Shown here: in pieces, positions 1 to 10,400 of the stretch
How the letters are laid out: every line of letters begins with the position of its first letter
Numbering within the stretch: the first letter of the stretch is position 1
Notes under the pieces: model-generated
What the model was told of the DNA's origin: nothing
What the model saw: only the letters and a program-made list of their open reading frames with translations
Databases searched by the model: none
Program-made: the position numbers and the translations under genes
Source of the DNA: Candidatus Poribacteria bacterium
GTDB taxonomy: Bacteria > Poribacteria > WGA-4E > WGA-3G
Direction: 5' to 3'
DNA: 64,000 nucleotides
Assembly: GCA_965242965.1 (NCBI GenBank)
Contig: OZ251518.1
Span: forward strand, 3,232,001 to 3,296,000

Positions 1-1
1 C

Positions 2-364
2 GACGGTAGGAAAGAGGGGCTGTGGCTCCAGTATCATAAAAACGGAAACAAAGCCAGCGAAGCCACTTTCCGCGATGGGAAAAACGATGGCGATTATATG
101 TGCTATTACGAAAATGGGAACCGCAAATGGGGCGGTCCTTACCATAAACACGATAGCACATCTGCCGATGGTAGAAAAGAGGGAGTCTGGCTCTGCTACG
201 AGGAAGATGGCGAGACGGTGTGGCGTATCATCACCTACAAAAAAGGGGGAAGCCGTGCGAAGCCCGACGAATATCCGCTCGGTGCCTGCGATGTCTGCGG
301 CGAAGGGAGACGTTCAACGTGGGGAGATACTTGTCCGAAATGCGGCGCGATGCTGGATGCCTAG
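2..364 (+). CDS. MORN-variant repeat protein (YwqK-like) with C-terminal CxxC..CxxC zinc ribbon, 5'-truncated by window edge
   Basis: Frame open from nt 2: DGRKEGLWLQYHKNGNKASE..YYENGNRKW..DGRKEGVWLCYEEDGE repeats; C-terminal CDVC..CPKC. Confidence 0.7.
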   Translation, partial: DGRKEGLWLQYHKNGNKASEATFRDGKNDGDYMCYYENGNRKWGGPYHKHDSTSADGRKEGVWLCYEEDGETVWRIITYKKGGSRAKPDEYPLGACDVCGEGRRSTWGDTCPKCGAMLDA

Positions 365-476
365 TCAAAATAGCGTCCAAAAATTCCGAATTTTTTATTA
401 AAAACGGGGTTTCATCCATTAACTCACAAGGGTTCCGTTAGGAAACCCGACATGTTGATACAGGAGGAAAACACCC

Positions 477-3128
477 GTGAAAACTGCATGGGCAATTCAA
501 AATGTCCCCTCGGAACTTAGGGCGAGGGCCTGTCCCTCGCCGTGCACGTATTGTTCCCGTAACCGTAGGGCGAGGGCCTGTCCCTCGCTGGATGCGTATT
601 GTTCCCGTAACCGTAGGGCGAGGGCCTGTCCCTCGCCGCGCGTGTACTGTCCGCGTAACCGTAGCGCGAGGGCCTGTCCCTCGCGAAGTTTCCTTTGGAT
701 GCTAATGCTGCTGCTTCTCGCTGCACAGTTCCCAGGCAACGTGTTTGCTGAAACCGAGACAGTCCCCGGGCACCGCATCGCTACCGCTGTCAGAATTGAA
801 AGCGCGCCCCCAAAACTGAACGGCGTTTTAGACGATGCCATCTGGCAAACTGCGCCGTTGCACGAAGGGTTTCGCCAACGCGACCCGGACGAAGGGAAAC
901 CTACAACGGAACGGACAACGTTCCAAATCGCCTACGATGACGAGGCACTCTATTTCGCTATCATGTGCTACGATAGCGAGCCCGATAAAATCGTCTCGCA
1001 ACTCGTCCGGCGGGACAATTACGTTGAATCGGATAAAGTTCAGATTTATCTCGATGCGCACAATAATAGACAACAGGCCATCTGGTTCATCGCTTATCCC
1101 ACCGGCTCTATGGCTGATGGCACCTACAATGGAAATTGGTATGACAACAGTTGGGACGGCGTGTGGGAGGTAAAAACTAAAATTCACAGCAACGGCTGGG
1201 CGGCGGAATATAAAATTCCGTTCCACGTGTTACGCTTCACCCCGAAGGACGAATACGTCTGGGGCCTGCATGTCACGCGCGAAATCAGCCGCAAAAAAGA
1301 GAACGCGCACTGGCGTTTCGTTAAGAAATCGGAACCTGACTGGCTCTCTCGAATGGGCGAGCTGCGGGGTATCAAGGCTATCCGGCCTTCTCGCCATTTG
1401 GAAGTAGTGCCTTACACAATGGGGAGAACAACACTGAATAGCGAGGCAGCCCTCTGGGGAAACGTCGGCACCGATGTCCAGTATGGCATCACTTCTGGCA
1501 TCACCCTGAACGCCACGGTGAATCCTGACTTTGGACAGGTTGAAGCAGACCCGGCCACGCTCAATCTCTCCGCTTATGAGGAGTATTTTGAGGAACGCCG
1601 TCCCTTCTTTGTCAAAGGCGCGTCCATGTTCGGCGTTAACGATTACACCTTCTTTTACTCCCGGCGCATCGGAAGGCAGCCAGGGCATTTTGACATCCCC
1701 GACGGTGTTGAAGAGTTGAGTCGGCCCGAGGCGACAACTATCCTCGGTGCGGCGAAGATTGTCGGCAGAACACGAGGCAAAACCTCCTTCGGCATCATGG
1801 AGGCAGTCACTGCCCCCGAATACGCACAGATTCGGCACAGCGGTGAGAAAGAGGGGAGCACCCGCGAGCATCTGATTGAACCCCTGACGAACTACTTCGT
1901 CGGCAGAATCACGCAAGATGTGCTGGCGGGCAATTCCCGCATTGGGATTATCACAACCGCTGTCAATCGGCAAGCCTCTCACTCCGCTTATACCGGCGGA
2001 TTGGACTGGGATTTGAAATTCGCCAAGGAACGTTACCAAATGAGCGGCATCCTCGCCGCAAGTCACGCCGGCGAATTCGATGCCCGCCAATCGGGATACC
2101 TCGCACACCTTGAATTTGACAAGCGCGGGGGATGGCTGCAGGTTGATACCGATTTTAGAGCCCTCTCGCCGGACTTAGAGATAAATGACCTGGGTTTCCG
2201 GCGGCGTGCAGATATGCTGGAGTGGAATTACGACATCACCGCGCGGAAAGAGAAACCCTTTAGCATCTTTCGGCGCGTCATCTTCGGACTCTACGGCTGG
2301 CGCACTTGGAATTATGACGGCGTGAACATCAGCAGCTACTCGGAAATCTGGACAGACGGCCGCTTGAAAAACTATTGGGACTATGATATCTGGGTAGGGC
2401 GAAATCTGGAGTCATTCGACGATGATGATGTCCGACGCGGCGGAACGCTCATTAAAAATCCACCCGGCTGGTGGATATTCACCAACCTCTCCACCGATAG
2501 CCGCAAAATGGTGCAACTCCGCTTAAATCCTGTCTTCGGATGGGACGACGACACAGAACGACGACGCACATACGACTATGATTTGCGGCTCCGGCTGCGC
2601 ATCCGCGTCGCATCGAATATTGAGGTGAACCTCGGCCCGTCATACGGTTATGCGATGGACGATGCGCAATGGGTAGATTTGGTGGAAGAAAACGTTGCCG
2701 GACAAACGACGAAACACTACGTCTATGGTGAATTGGAGAGCCGCACGTTGGACTTCACCACGCGAGCGAACATCAGTTTCACGCCGACGCTCAGCCTGCA
2801 GTTCTATGTGCAACCCTTCATCACCATCGGCGACTATAAAAGTTTCAAGGAGTTAGTCCAACCGATGTCTTACGAATTCAAGCCGTATGCATTGAATGAG
2901 AACCGTGATTTCCATCGGCGTTCCTTGCGCGGTAACACCGTGCTGCGGTGGGAATTCCAACCGGGGAGCACACTGTTTCTTGTCTGGACACAGTCGCGCG
3001 AGGCGGCGTTGGAGCAGTTATCCTCGGCAGACCTGGAATTTCGCCCGTTGCACCGGCTCCGTAGCACTTTCACCGATGCAGGAAAGAATATCTTTCTCAT
3101 CAAATGTCGGTATTGGTTTGGCATCTAG
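477..3128 (+). CDS. Secreted CBM9-like/DUF5916 protein (probable outer-membrane sugar-binding/hydrolase-associated)
   Basis: AGGAGG 9 nt before GTG; hydrophobic signal segment; LNGVLDDAIW, NPDFGQVEAD, FEERRPFF, FYSRRIG motifs typical of DUF5916. Confidence 0.8.
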   Translation: MKTAWAIQNVPSELRARACPSPCTYCSRNRRARACPSLDAYCSRNRRARACPSPRVYCPRNRSARACPSRSFLWMLMLLLLAAQFPGNVFAETETVPGHRIATAVRIESAPPKLNGVLDDAIWQTAPLHEGFRQRDPDEGKPTTERTTFQIAYDDEALYFAIMCYDSEPDKIVSQLVRRDNYVESDKVQIYLDAHNNRQQAIWFIAYPTGSMADGTYNGNWYDNSWDGVWEVKTKIHSNGWAAEYKIPFHVLRFTPKDEYVWGLHVTREISRKKENAHWRFVKKSEPDWLSRMGELRGIKAIRPSRHLEVVPYTMGRTTLNSEAALWGNVGTDVQYGITSGITLNATVNPDFGQVEADPATLNLSAYEEYFEERRPFFVKGASMFGVNDYTFFYSRRIGRQPGHFDIPDGVEELSRPEATTILGAAKIVGRTRGKTSFGIMEAVTAPEYAQIRHSGEKEGSTREHLIEPLTNYFVGRITQDVLAGNSRIGIITTAVNRQASHSAYTGGLDWDLKFAKERYQMSGILAASHAGEFDARQSGYLAHLEFDKRGGWLQVDTDFRALSPDLEINDLGFRRRADMLEWNYDITARKEKPFSIFRRVIFGLYGWRTWNYDGVNISSYSEIWTDGRLKNYWDYDIWVGRNLESFDDDDVRRGGTLIKNPPGWWIFTNLSTDSRKMVQLRLNPVFGWDDDTERRRTYDYDLRLRLRIRVASNIEVNLGPSYGYAMDDAQWVDLVEENVAGQTTKHYVYGELESRTLDFTTRANISFTPTLSLQFYVQPFITIGDYKSFKELVQPMSYEFKPYALNENRDFHRRSLRGNTVLRWEFQPGSTLFLVWTQSREAALEQLSSADLEFRPLHRLRSTFTDAGKNIFLIKCRYWFGI
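517..685 (+). repeat. Four tandem 48-bp REP-type units inside the 5' end of the CDS
   Basis: (G/T)TAGGGCGAGGGCCTGTCCCTCGC at 517, 565, 613, 661; exact 48-bp period encoding RARACPSP. Confidence 0.9.
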
Positions 3129-3155
3129 CGCGCTCATCAAACCATCCATCATCAC

Positions 3156-3283
3156 GTAGGGCGAGGGCCCTCGCATGCCACACGCGCATGCGAGCGGGTT
3201 CCCCTCGCCATCCTTGGCTATCGTCATCGTAGGGCGAGGGCCCTCGCATGCCACACGCGCATGCGAGCGGGTTCCCCTCGCCA
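3156..3283 (+). repeat. Tandem pair of extended REP hairpins
   Basis: GTAGGGCGAGGGCCCTCGCATGCCACACGCGCATGCGAGCGGGTTCCCCTCGCC twice; variants recur near 29.2, 31.2, 49.55, 55.2, 56.1, 62.0-62.4, 63.25 kb. Confidence 0.85.
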
Positions 3284-3324
3284 TGCCTGAAACAGCGAAA
3301 CCACCGCTAGGAGCAACAGAAAAT

Positions 3325-4302
3325 ATGAAAGCAATCATTAGAACAAGCGATGGCGGCCCCGAAGTCCTCCAACTCGGAGACGCGCCAACGCCGCAGCCAA
3401 CAGAAACCCAACTCCTCGTTGATGTCCACGTCACCGCGTTGAACCGCGCGGACATGATTCAACGGCGCGGCGGCTATCCGCCACCGCCCGGTGAATCCGA
3501 AATACTCGGTTTAGAAATCGCCGGCACCGTGGCTGCCATCGGCAGTGCTGTGAAAGGCTTTGCCGAAGGCGAACGAGTTTTCGGACTCGTCGGCGGAGGC
3601 GGATATGCCGAGCAAGCCGTCATCGATTATCGCATGGCGATGCCCATACCCGATGACTGGAGTTTTGAAAAAGCCGCCGCTGTCCCCGAAGTCTTTTTCA
3701 CCGCCAACGAGAACATCTTCACCCTCGGCAAGTTATCTGCCGGTGAGACGATTCTGATTCACGCCGGCGGCAGTGGTGTCGGCAGCGCGGGCGTGCAAAT
3801 CGCACATCGTGCAGGTGCCCGGGTCTTCGTGACTGCTGGCACATCGGCGAAGATTGCCGGCTGCGAAAAACTGGGTGCAACGGCAGGCATTAACTACAAA
3901 ACCGCCGATTTCGTCGCCGAAATCCAACGGTTGACAAACGGCGAAGGCGTTGATGTCGTGCTAGACTTCATCGGCGCGCCCTATCTCGCACGCAACCTCT
4001 CCATCCTCAAAACATGGGGGAGACTTCTGCAAGTGGGACTCATCGGCGGTTCAACGACAGAAATCGACTTAGGCACGGTGATGCGCAATCGTCTCAAACT
4101 CATCGGTTCCGTGATGCGTTCGCAATCGTTAGAGGAGAAAATCCGCATCACGCGTCGATTCGTGCAACGGTGGTTACCAGAATTAAAGGCTGGCACGCTT
4201 CAACCTATAATTGACACCGTGTTCCCGTTGGCACAAGCACGTGATGCCCACGCGTATATGGAAGCGAATCGCAATTTCGGCAAAATTTTGTTGAGGGTAT
4301 AA
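3325..4302 (+). CDS. NAD(P)H:quinone oxidoreductase, PIG3/zeta-crystallin family
   Basis: ALNRAD, YPPPPGESEILGLE, LIHAGGSGVG, NFGKILL; start moved to ATG 3325 (RBS AGGAG) because the upstream ORF extension is repeat-derived. Confidence 0.9.
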   Translation: MKAIIRTSDGGPEVLQLGDAPTPQPTETQLLVDVHVTALNRADMIQRRGGYPPPPGESEILGLEIAGTVAAIGSAVKGFAEGERVFGLVGGGGYAEQAVIDYRMAMPIPDDWSFEKAAAVPEVFFTANENIFTLGKLSAGETILIHAGGSGVGSAGVQIAHRAGARVFVTAGTSAKIAGCEKLGATAGINYKTADFVAEIQRLTNGEGVDVVLDFIGAPYLARNLSILKTWGRLLQVGLIGGSTTEIDLGTVMRNRLKLIGSVMRSQSLEEKIRITRRFVQRWLPELKAGTLQPIIDTVFPLAQARDAHAYMEANRNFGKILLRV

Positions 4303-4366
4303 TCCCCGCTTGCCGGGAACATACCTAAAGTTCGCTCACCAAACTTTAGGGTGAAAACTCGCATCA

Positions 4367-4459
4367 GAAAACTAGCAATCGACAACGTCGATTGCGGATT
4401 ACGCCGAGGGCTGTTCATGCACCAGCCCACCTATCCGAACGCTTTGCGCCAGGACGAAA
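4367..4459 (+). repeat. ~92-bp palindromic element, copy upstream of the C25 gene
   Basis: Hairpin GCAATCGACAACGTCGATTGC plus tail; homologous copies at 5127-5218 and 6421-6510. Confidence 0.8.
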
Positions 4460-4497
4460 GATTGAAGAATCTCTGGCGGAAAGTCAACTTATTAAAT

Positions 4498-7400
4498 ATG
4501 AAAAACATTTTTGTCTTCCCTTTTGTCTGTCTTTGCCTCACGCTTTCGTTCATAAGCATGGCAGTGTCCGTGCAAGCGCACATGACGCAAGTGACGACAG
4601 CCCAAGGCATTACCGTGAACTTCACGCTGCCCGAACTCGCGCAAGAAGAAGTTGCGTTTGATGGAAACACCTATCAACACGTGCGGTATGTCGATTGCGG
4701 TTTCACAGCAGAACCCGGCTATCCGCAGGTGCCTGTCACCCGTGTCATGCTCGGTGTGCCGCTTGACATGGACATTATAGTAGATAACATCGCCGCATCC
4801 CCTGTCCGCACCGTTACCGGCGTGCGGCTCCCTCCAGTGCCCATTCACGGCCAGTGGCATGAAAGTGGGCATGAAAGCGGCACAGAAGGTGTCGTTTCAC
4901 GTTCCCTAACGTGGCGCGCTACCGTGAACCAACGTGAACCCTATCCCGCGCCGCCGCTTGCCCGCATTGTGCAAGACGGTATGCTTCGCAGTCAGCGAGT
5001 AGTCGTGCTAGAACTCACGCCAGTGCAATATCTCCCACAAGCACGCCAACTCCGGACGTATGCACAGCTGACAGTGCACCTCCGTTTCCAACCAAAGACT
5101 GGAAACGTCAGCACAAGCATTACTCGGAAAACTAGCAATCGACAACGTCGATTGCGGGTTACGCCGAGGCAGGTTCATGCACCAACCAACCTAACCGAAC
5201 GCCTTGCGAACGACGAAATAACGAACGTATTGCGAACGACAGAAGAATCCGATGTCTATGAAAATGCATTGTCTCGGCAATTGCTGAACGCCGAAGCCGC
5301 ACGTCAGTTCCGTGCACCGCGTATGCAAGCCCCTGCAGCCCCCGCAGGTTTCGCTCCCGCGCCAGAAACTTCCCTTCGCTATAAACTCTCCATTGAGCAG
5401 AACGGCATCTATCAGCTCACCGGTGAAAGTTTATCCCGCGATTTCGGCATTGAGCTCATCGGCGCAGACCCGGGCACTTTTCGGTTGTGGCACAATAATC
5501 GCGAAGTGCCCCTCTTCATCAACGGTGCAAGCGACGGACGTTTTGACGCAGCCGATGCATTCTTCTTCCTCGGCAAAAAGACAGATAACCCATATACCCG
5601 TTGGAATGTCTACTGGCTCACCGTGGATACCCCAGGACACCCCGCGCGCGTGCCGCTCCTCAACGCGAGTCCCGGCGATGCAACAGCAACGCAAGTCCCA
5701 ACCTTCCGTTCCACAGTAACATTTGAAGAAGACAAACTCACAAGTAACCTTGAATTTCTCAAACCGCATGCAGTCACCGATGGCGACAAACACGCATGGT
5801 TTGAGGCGTTAGACTTCTGGTATTGGGATGGCATCAAAAACGGAAGCGATACCGGCGAGATGCGCCTTGAATTTCCACTCTACGACGTGGCGAAGAGTTT
5901 CGATGCGCCGTTCATCAGCGTCGATTTGCAAGGCGGCACACCTGTCAACCACGAGATTCTCGTCGCCATCAACGGCGTGCGGATTGACTTCGCCAAATGG
6001 GCACAACAAGATACCCTCACCGTCCAGCGCACCCTCCGCGCCTGGGATACCTTCAAAGACGCAACAGCAGGCGCATCCAACATCCTCTCTCTCGCCCGCG
6101 TCGACGATACGTTTGAAGAAGACACCCGACGCTACCCTTACCACGTCTACGTCAACCGGTTTACCGTCGAATACACCCGTCTTTTCCGTGCCGTTTACGA
6201 CGAACTCACCTTCTCCGCCAAAGGCGTTACCGATGAAAAGGAACCGCGCACCGGCAGGAAATTGCAGTATAAAATCCACGACTTCCGCAACCCGAACGTC
6301 CATATTTTTGAAACCGATGGCATGCAGCTGGTAGCCAAGCTAGGCGGCCTTGCGATAGAAGCCGCCCCTGTTCGTGGTGAAGCACGCAAACGATGGCACC
6401 ATCTCGCCAATCAAGAAAAAGTAGAAATCGACAACGTCGATTTCGGCACTACGAAGAGAGATGTTCAAGCACCAACCACCTACGCCGAACGCCTTGCGAA
6501 CAACAAAAAAGCTTATGCCGCCACTTTTCAGGTGCCAGATACACGCCAAAGCCAATTCATCGCCGTCTCCGAAGACGCGTTACGTCTCCCAACCCGGATA
6601 GAGACAGTGCAACCCAGTGAATTACTGTCCGCCGCCAACGGTGCCGATTACCTTGTCATTACCCATCCCGTCTTCCTGCAACCTGCCCAACGATTAGCAG
6701 ACTGGCGCGCGCAGCCCGAAGGCGGCAGTTACCGCACAAAAGTCGTCACCACCGACGCAATTTACAACACCTTCGGCGACGGCAGTGTGCATCCGAAAGC
6801 AATAAAAGCCTTCCTCACACATGCCTATCACCACTGGATGCCGCCCGCACCCACCTACGTCGTCCTTTTCGGCGACGGCACCTTTGACTTTCGCGGTATC
6901 GATACCGAAGTACATCCCGAACCGCCCGAGCTCGCCGGCTATATCCCCACACACTACATCCACACCGACGCATTCGGGCGCACCGCGTCAGACCACTGGT
7001 ATGTCACCCTCTCCGGTTATGACGAATTTACCGATGTCTATATCGGCCGGCTCACCGTTGAAACCACCGCAGAGGCAGACGCAGTTGTTGACAAAATCGT
7101 CGCTTATGAACAACGTCTCCCGAACGGTGCCTGGCGCAGACGAATTATCTCCGTCGCCGATGACGAAGTCAGCAACTCCGGCGATTTTATCTTCAAAAAG
7201 AGCCTCAACGAAATCGCCAAAAACCACACGCTCCTCGGCTATGAGACAGTAGAAGTGTTCTTAGAAGATGTCATTGACGAAGTAGAAGCACGCCCCGCGG
7301 ACTACCCCAATCTGTTACCGCAGCGCGTCGCCAAAAACCGCATTATTGACGCACTCAGTGAAGGTGCCATCATCGCGCAATATGCAGGACACGGCGGACG

Positions 7401-10400
7401 CGTCGTCTGGGCACATGAAGCCATTTTCGATAACGCCGCCATTGACAGACTCGACGAAACATCGCAGACACCCTTTATGCTCGTGCTCAGCTGCTATAAC
7501 GGCTATTTTGATGAACCCGGCGAACCCAGCATGGCCGAGAAACTCCTGCGCAAAGAACGCGGCGGCATCATCGGCATGCTCAGCGCAACACGACTCACCT
7601 ACGCAGGCGGAAACGACGCACTCAACCGCATCATCTTTGACATGATTTTCAAACGGAACGTGCGACGACTCGGGCCCCTCAGCTTCGATTCCAAAGTGGA
7701 GCTGCTACTAACAGAAGGCACAGGCCAAATTGATGTGATGATGGAGTATACACTCTTCGGAGACCCGGCCTTACAGATTGCCACACCTACTTATGAGATT
7801 CGTCCACAAATCCAGACGAAAACAGTCGCACCCGGTGACACGCTTCGCATCGCGCCCGGATATGTTGAGAGCGTGCAATACGATGCCACGCACCAGACAA
7901 AGCGTTGGGCACCACACAGCACGTTTGACGGCCCACTCACCGTCAAAGCACTCTTCCCCGGCAAGACGGCGATTGGGCAAGGTGTCGCCGGACCCGTGGA
8001 ATACTATACCGGTGATGTGATTGTCACACAGACATTGCAAGTCACAGGCGGTGCCTTCCCCAGCGTGAACCTCGCTGTCCCCCGGAACATCGCATCGGGC
8101 GACGCGCACGTCGAATACTACGCAGAGAGCACCGATACACTTGCCGTTGGCGGCGATGGGTTCACCGTCAATGTGCCAAAAATTCTAGACATTGTCCCCG
8201 AATTAGTAGGCCAAGAAACGTGGACGCTTGCCGTTCAGGTATCCGATGATAACGAACAACTCGCCGCTGTCACCGTAGAATGGCGGAATCCGCAAACGCG
8301 GCAGTGGGAAGTAGTCTCCCTTGTCCCGCGAGCAGAAGAAATCGGATGGTGGACACTGCCGAATCCATTGCCCGCGCCAACAGACGGCTCAGTTATCCGC
8401 TATGAAATTACCGTGACAGATACCGATGACACCAGCGTCAGGACAGACATTTTACGCTATTATCCTTATGTCTATCCGAATCTCTCTGTCGTTACGGCAG
8501 CGGGTGAAGATGTAGTCCGGTATGGTTACAACGATGGGGATGCAGGGGGACGTGGATGGTTTCTCGCCGCCGATGTGCAGTGCGAAGGCGTTCCGCCTTC
8601 GGTGCCTGTGACGGTAGCGTTCTTCCGTGGCACGCCGGATAAGGACGAAGACGATGTGCTGGATGCGGATGCAACGCCGCTGGGGATGGGGCGCATTGCG
8701 CCAACTGCCTGGGTAAGCCACAATCCTTTAAACGTAATCACCGACAACGCTGATGATGGCACTATGGAGAGAGCGGCTCAAACAGCAAAAGTTTATGAAC
8801 CAGATGTGCTGAATACGCTCCCGATTGCAACCGCTGCACTGGCCCACGAACTCCCGTTTGGCACGCATGACATCTTTGTCGTGGTGGATAGCGCAGCGAT
8901 TGTGCAAGAGAACGACGAGGAAGACAACATCGGGCACCGCCGGATGCAGGTGGATATTGGGCTTATCGGGCCGCAATCCACTCAGATTCGGAGTCTTGAT
9001 GGCCACAGCGCGCTCACCGCGCCGCCAAACGCGCTAGCGACACCAACGGTAATGGCGATGCGGCCGCTGAACGATACATCGGAACTCGGGCTCTTCACGG
9101 GCGAACGGATACCCCTTCCGGGCAAGGAAACCCTCGCCTACGATATGGTGAGGATTCCTACCGAGACAGCGGAACAACTTCACCCATTTGCGATGCCTGT
9201 GACTATTGACTTAAGTCTAGATATGGCAGAACTCCGACGCAACTTAACGCGAGAATTATTCGGCGATGCAGAAGCAACAGAGGTTTCCGATGGAGTAACG
9301 GACACCCTTGTAGTCTCCGAAGCGGTTACCTCCCGGGCGCGGGAAACGGGTGTCTATCTGTGGCACCTGCAACTCGGCAAGTGGACGCGGCTCGTATCGG
9401 TGCCGTTAACGGACGCATCCGGCACGCTGACTGAACGCATGCAGGTGACAAAAGTGTCTGAGGAGAATCGTGGCGAGGGCGGCGTGCGCGATGTCCGCAT
9501 CCAAGAACAGGGTGCACGCCTGGGCAAATGGATACTTTTTTTCACAGGGCCTCGCACTTATCGCCTGCTATTAGCACCGCTGGAAGGCGCGCCATCGGAG
9601 AACGAAAGCACTAGTTCACTGCGCCTGCTGCCGGCAGAGACGGTGGCAACCTCACGTCCGCTCACTTCCTTTAATCCGGCCTATCCGGAATGGACAGATG
9701 GGCTCTTCCTGCACATTGAACCCGACTCGGAAGAACCCTTTGCCTTCGGCGATACGTTGACATTCCGTCTCACGCGCCTTGAAGATACACCGAACGATGC
9801 AAATTCACCCAACTTCCGGTGGTATGCCTCCTCCTTCCGAAATAGCAACGAGGGAAGCGGCACCGTAAGTGCTATTCAGTTGGCACCGAACTCGGCGATG
9901 CCGGCAGACAGGTGGGTGCTCTTTTTTGTCTCGGAGAGTGAGTTTCAGATTGAGGGTGAAAAGCATGGGCTGTTGCGCGGAGAAGATGGCGCGCCGCTTC
10001 GCGGCACAAGTGGGAATCCGTTTCGGTATGCACCCTACGGACTCAGCCTGACATTAACCGAGGGGAAACGTCCCTTTACTGCAGGCGATACGTTCCTTTT
10101 TGAGACTCGCAGCGTAGCGACAATTCGAGCGACAACGCGCATATCGGGGCCTGTGACATTAATGCACAGCGCGGACACAGTGCCGCCGGACATCCAGCTC
10201 ACCATCAACTCGCAGCAGCACTTCGTAACAGGCGATGCGACAGGGACGACACCGCAGATTGGCGCGACGTTGACAGACGAAAGCGGCGTGGATTTCCTGA
10301 CGCGCCCGGTGACGCTTGAACTCGGCGATGCTACGGGTGCCTATGAACCGATTGCCACGGCGGCATATCAACTTGCACACGTGCCGGGCTCCAACCAAGT

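Noticed and set aside
4351-4497. N-terminal extensions given by the ORF track (also 3175, 10897, 35471, 36864, 44002, 59747, 60446)
   Set aside because: Extensions run through repeats or leaders; downstream starts fit better with RBS, signal peptides or domain boundaries
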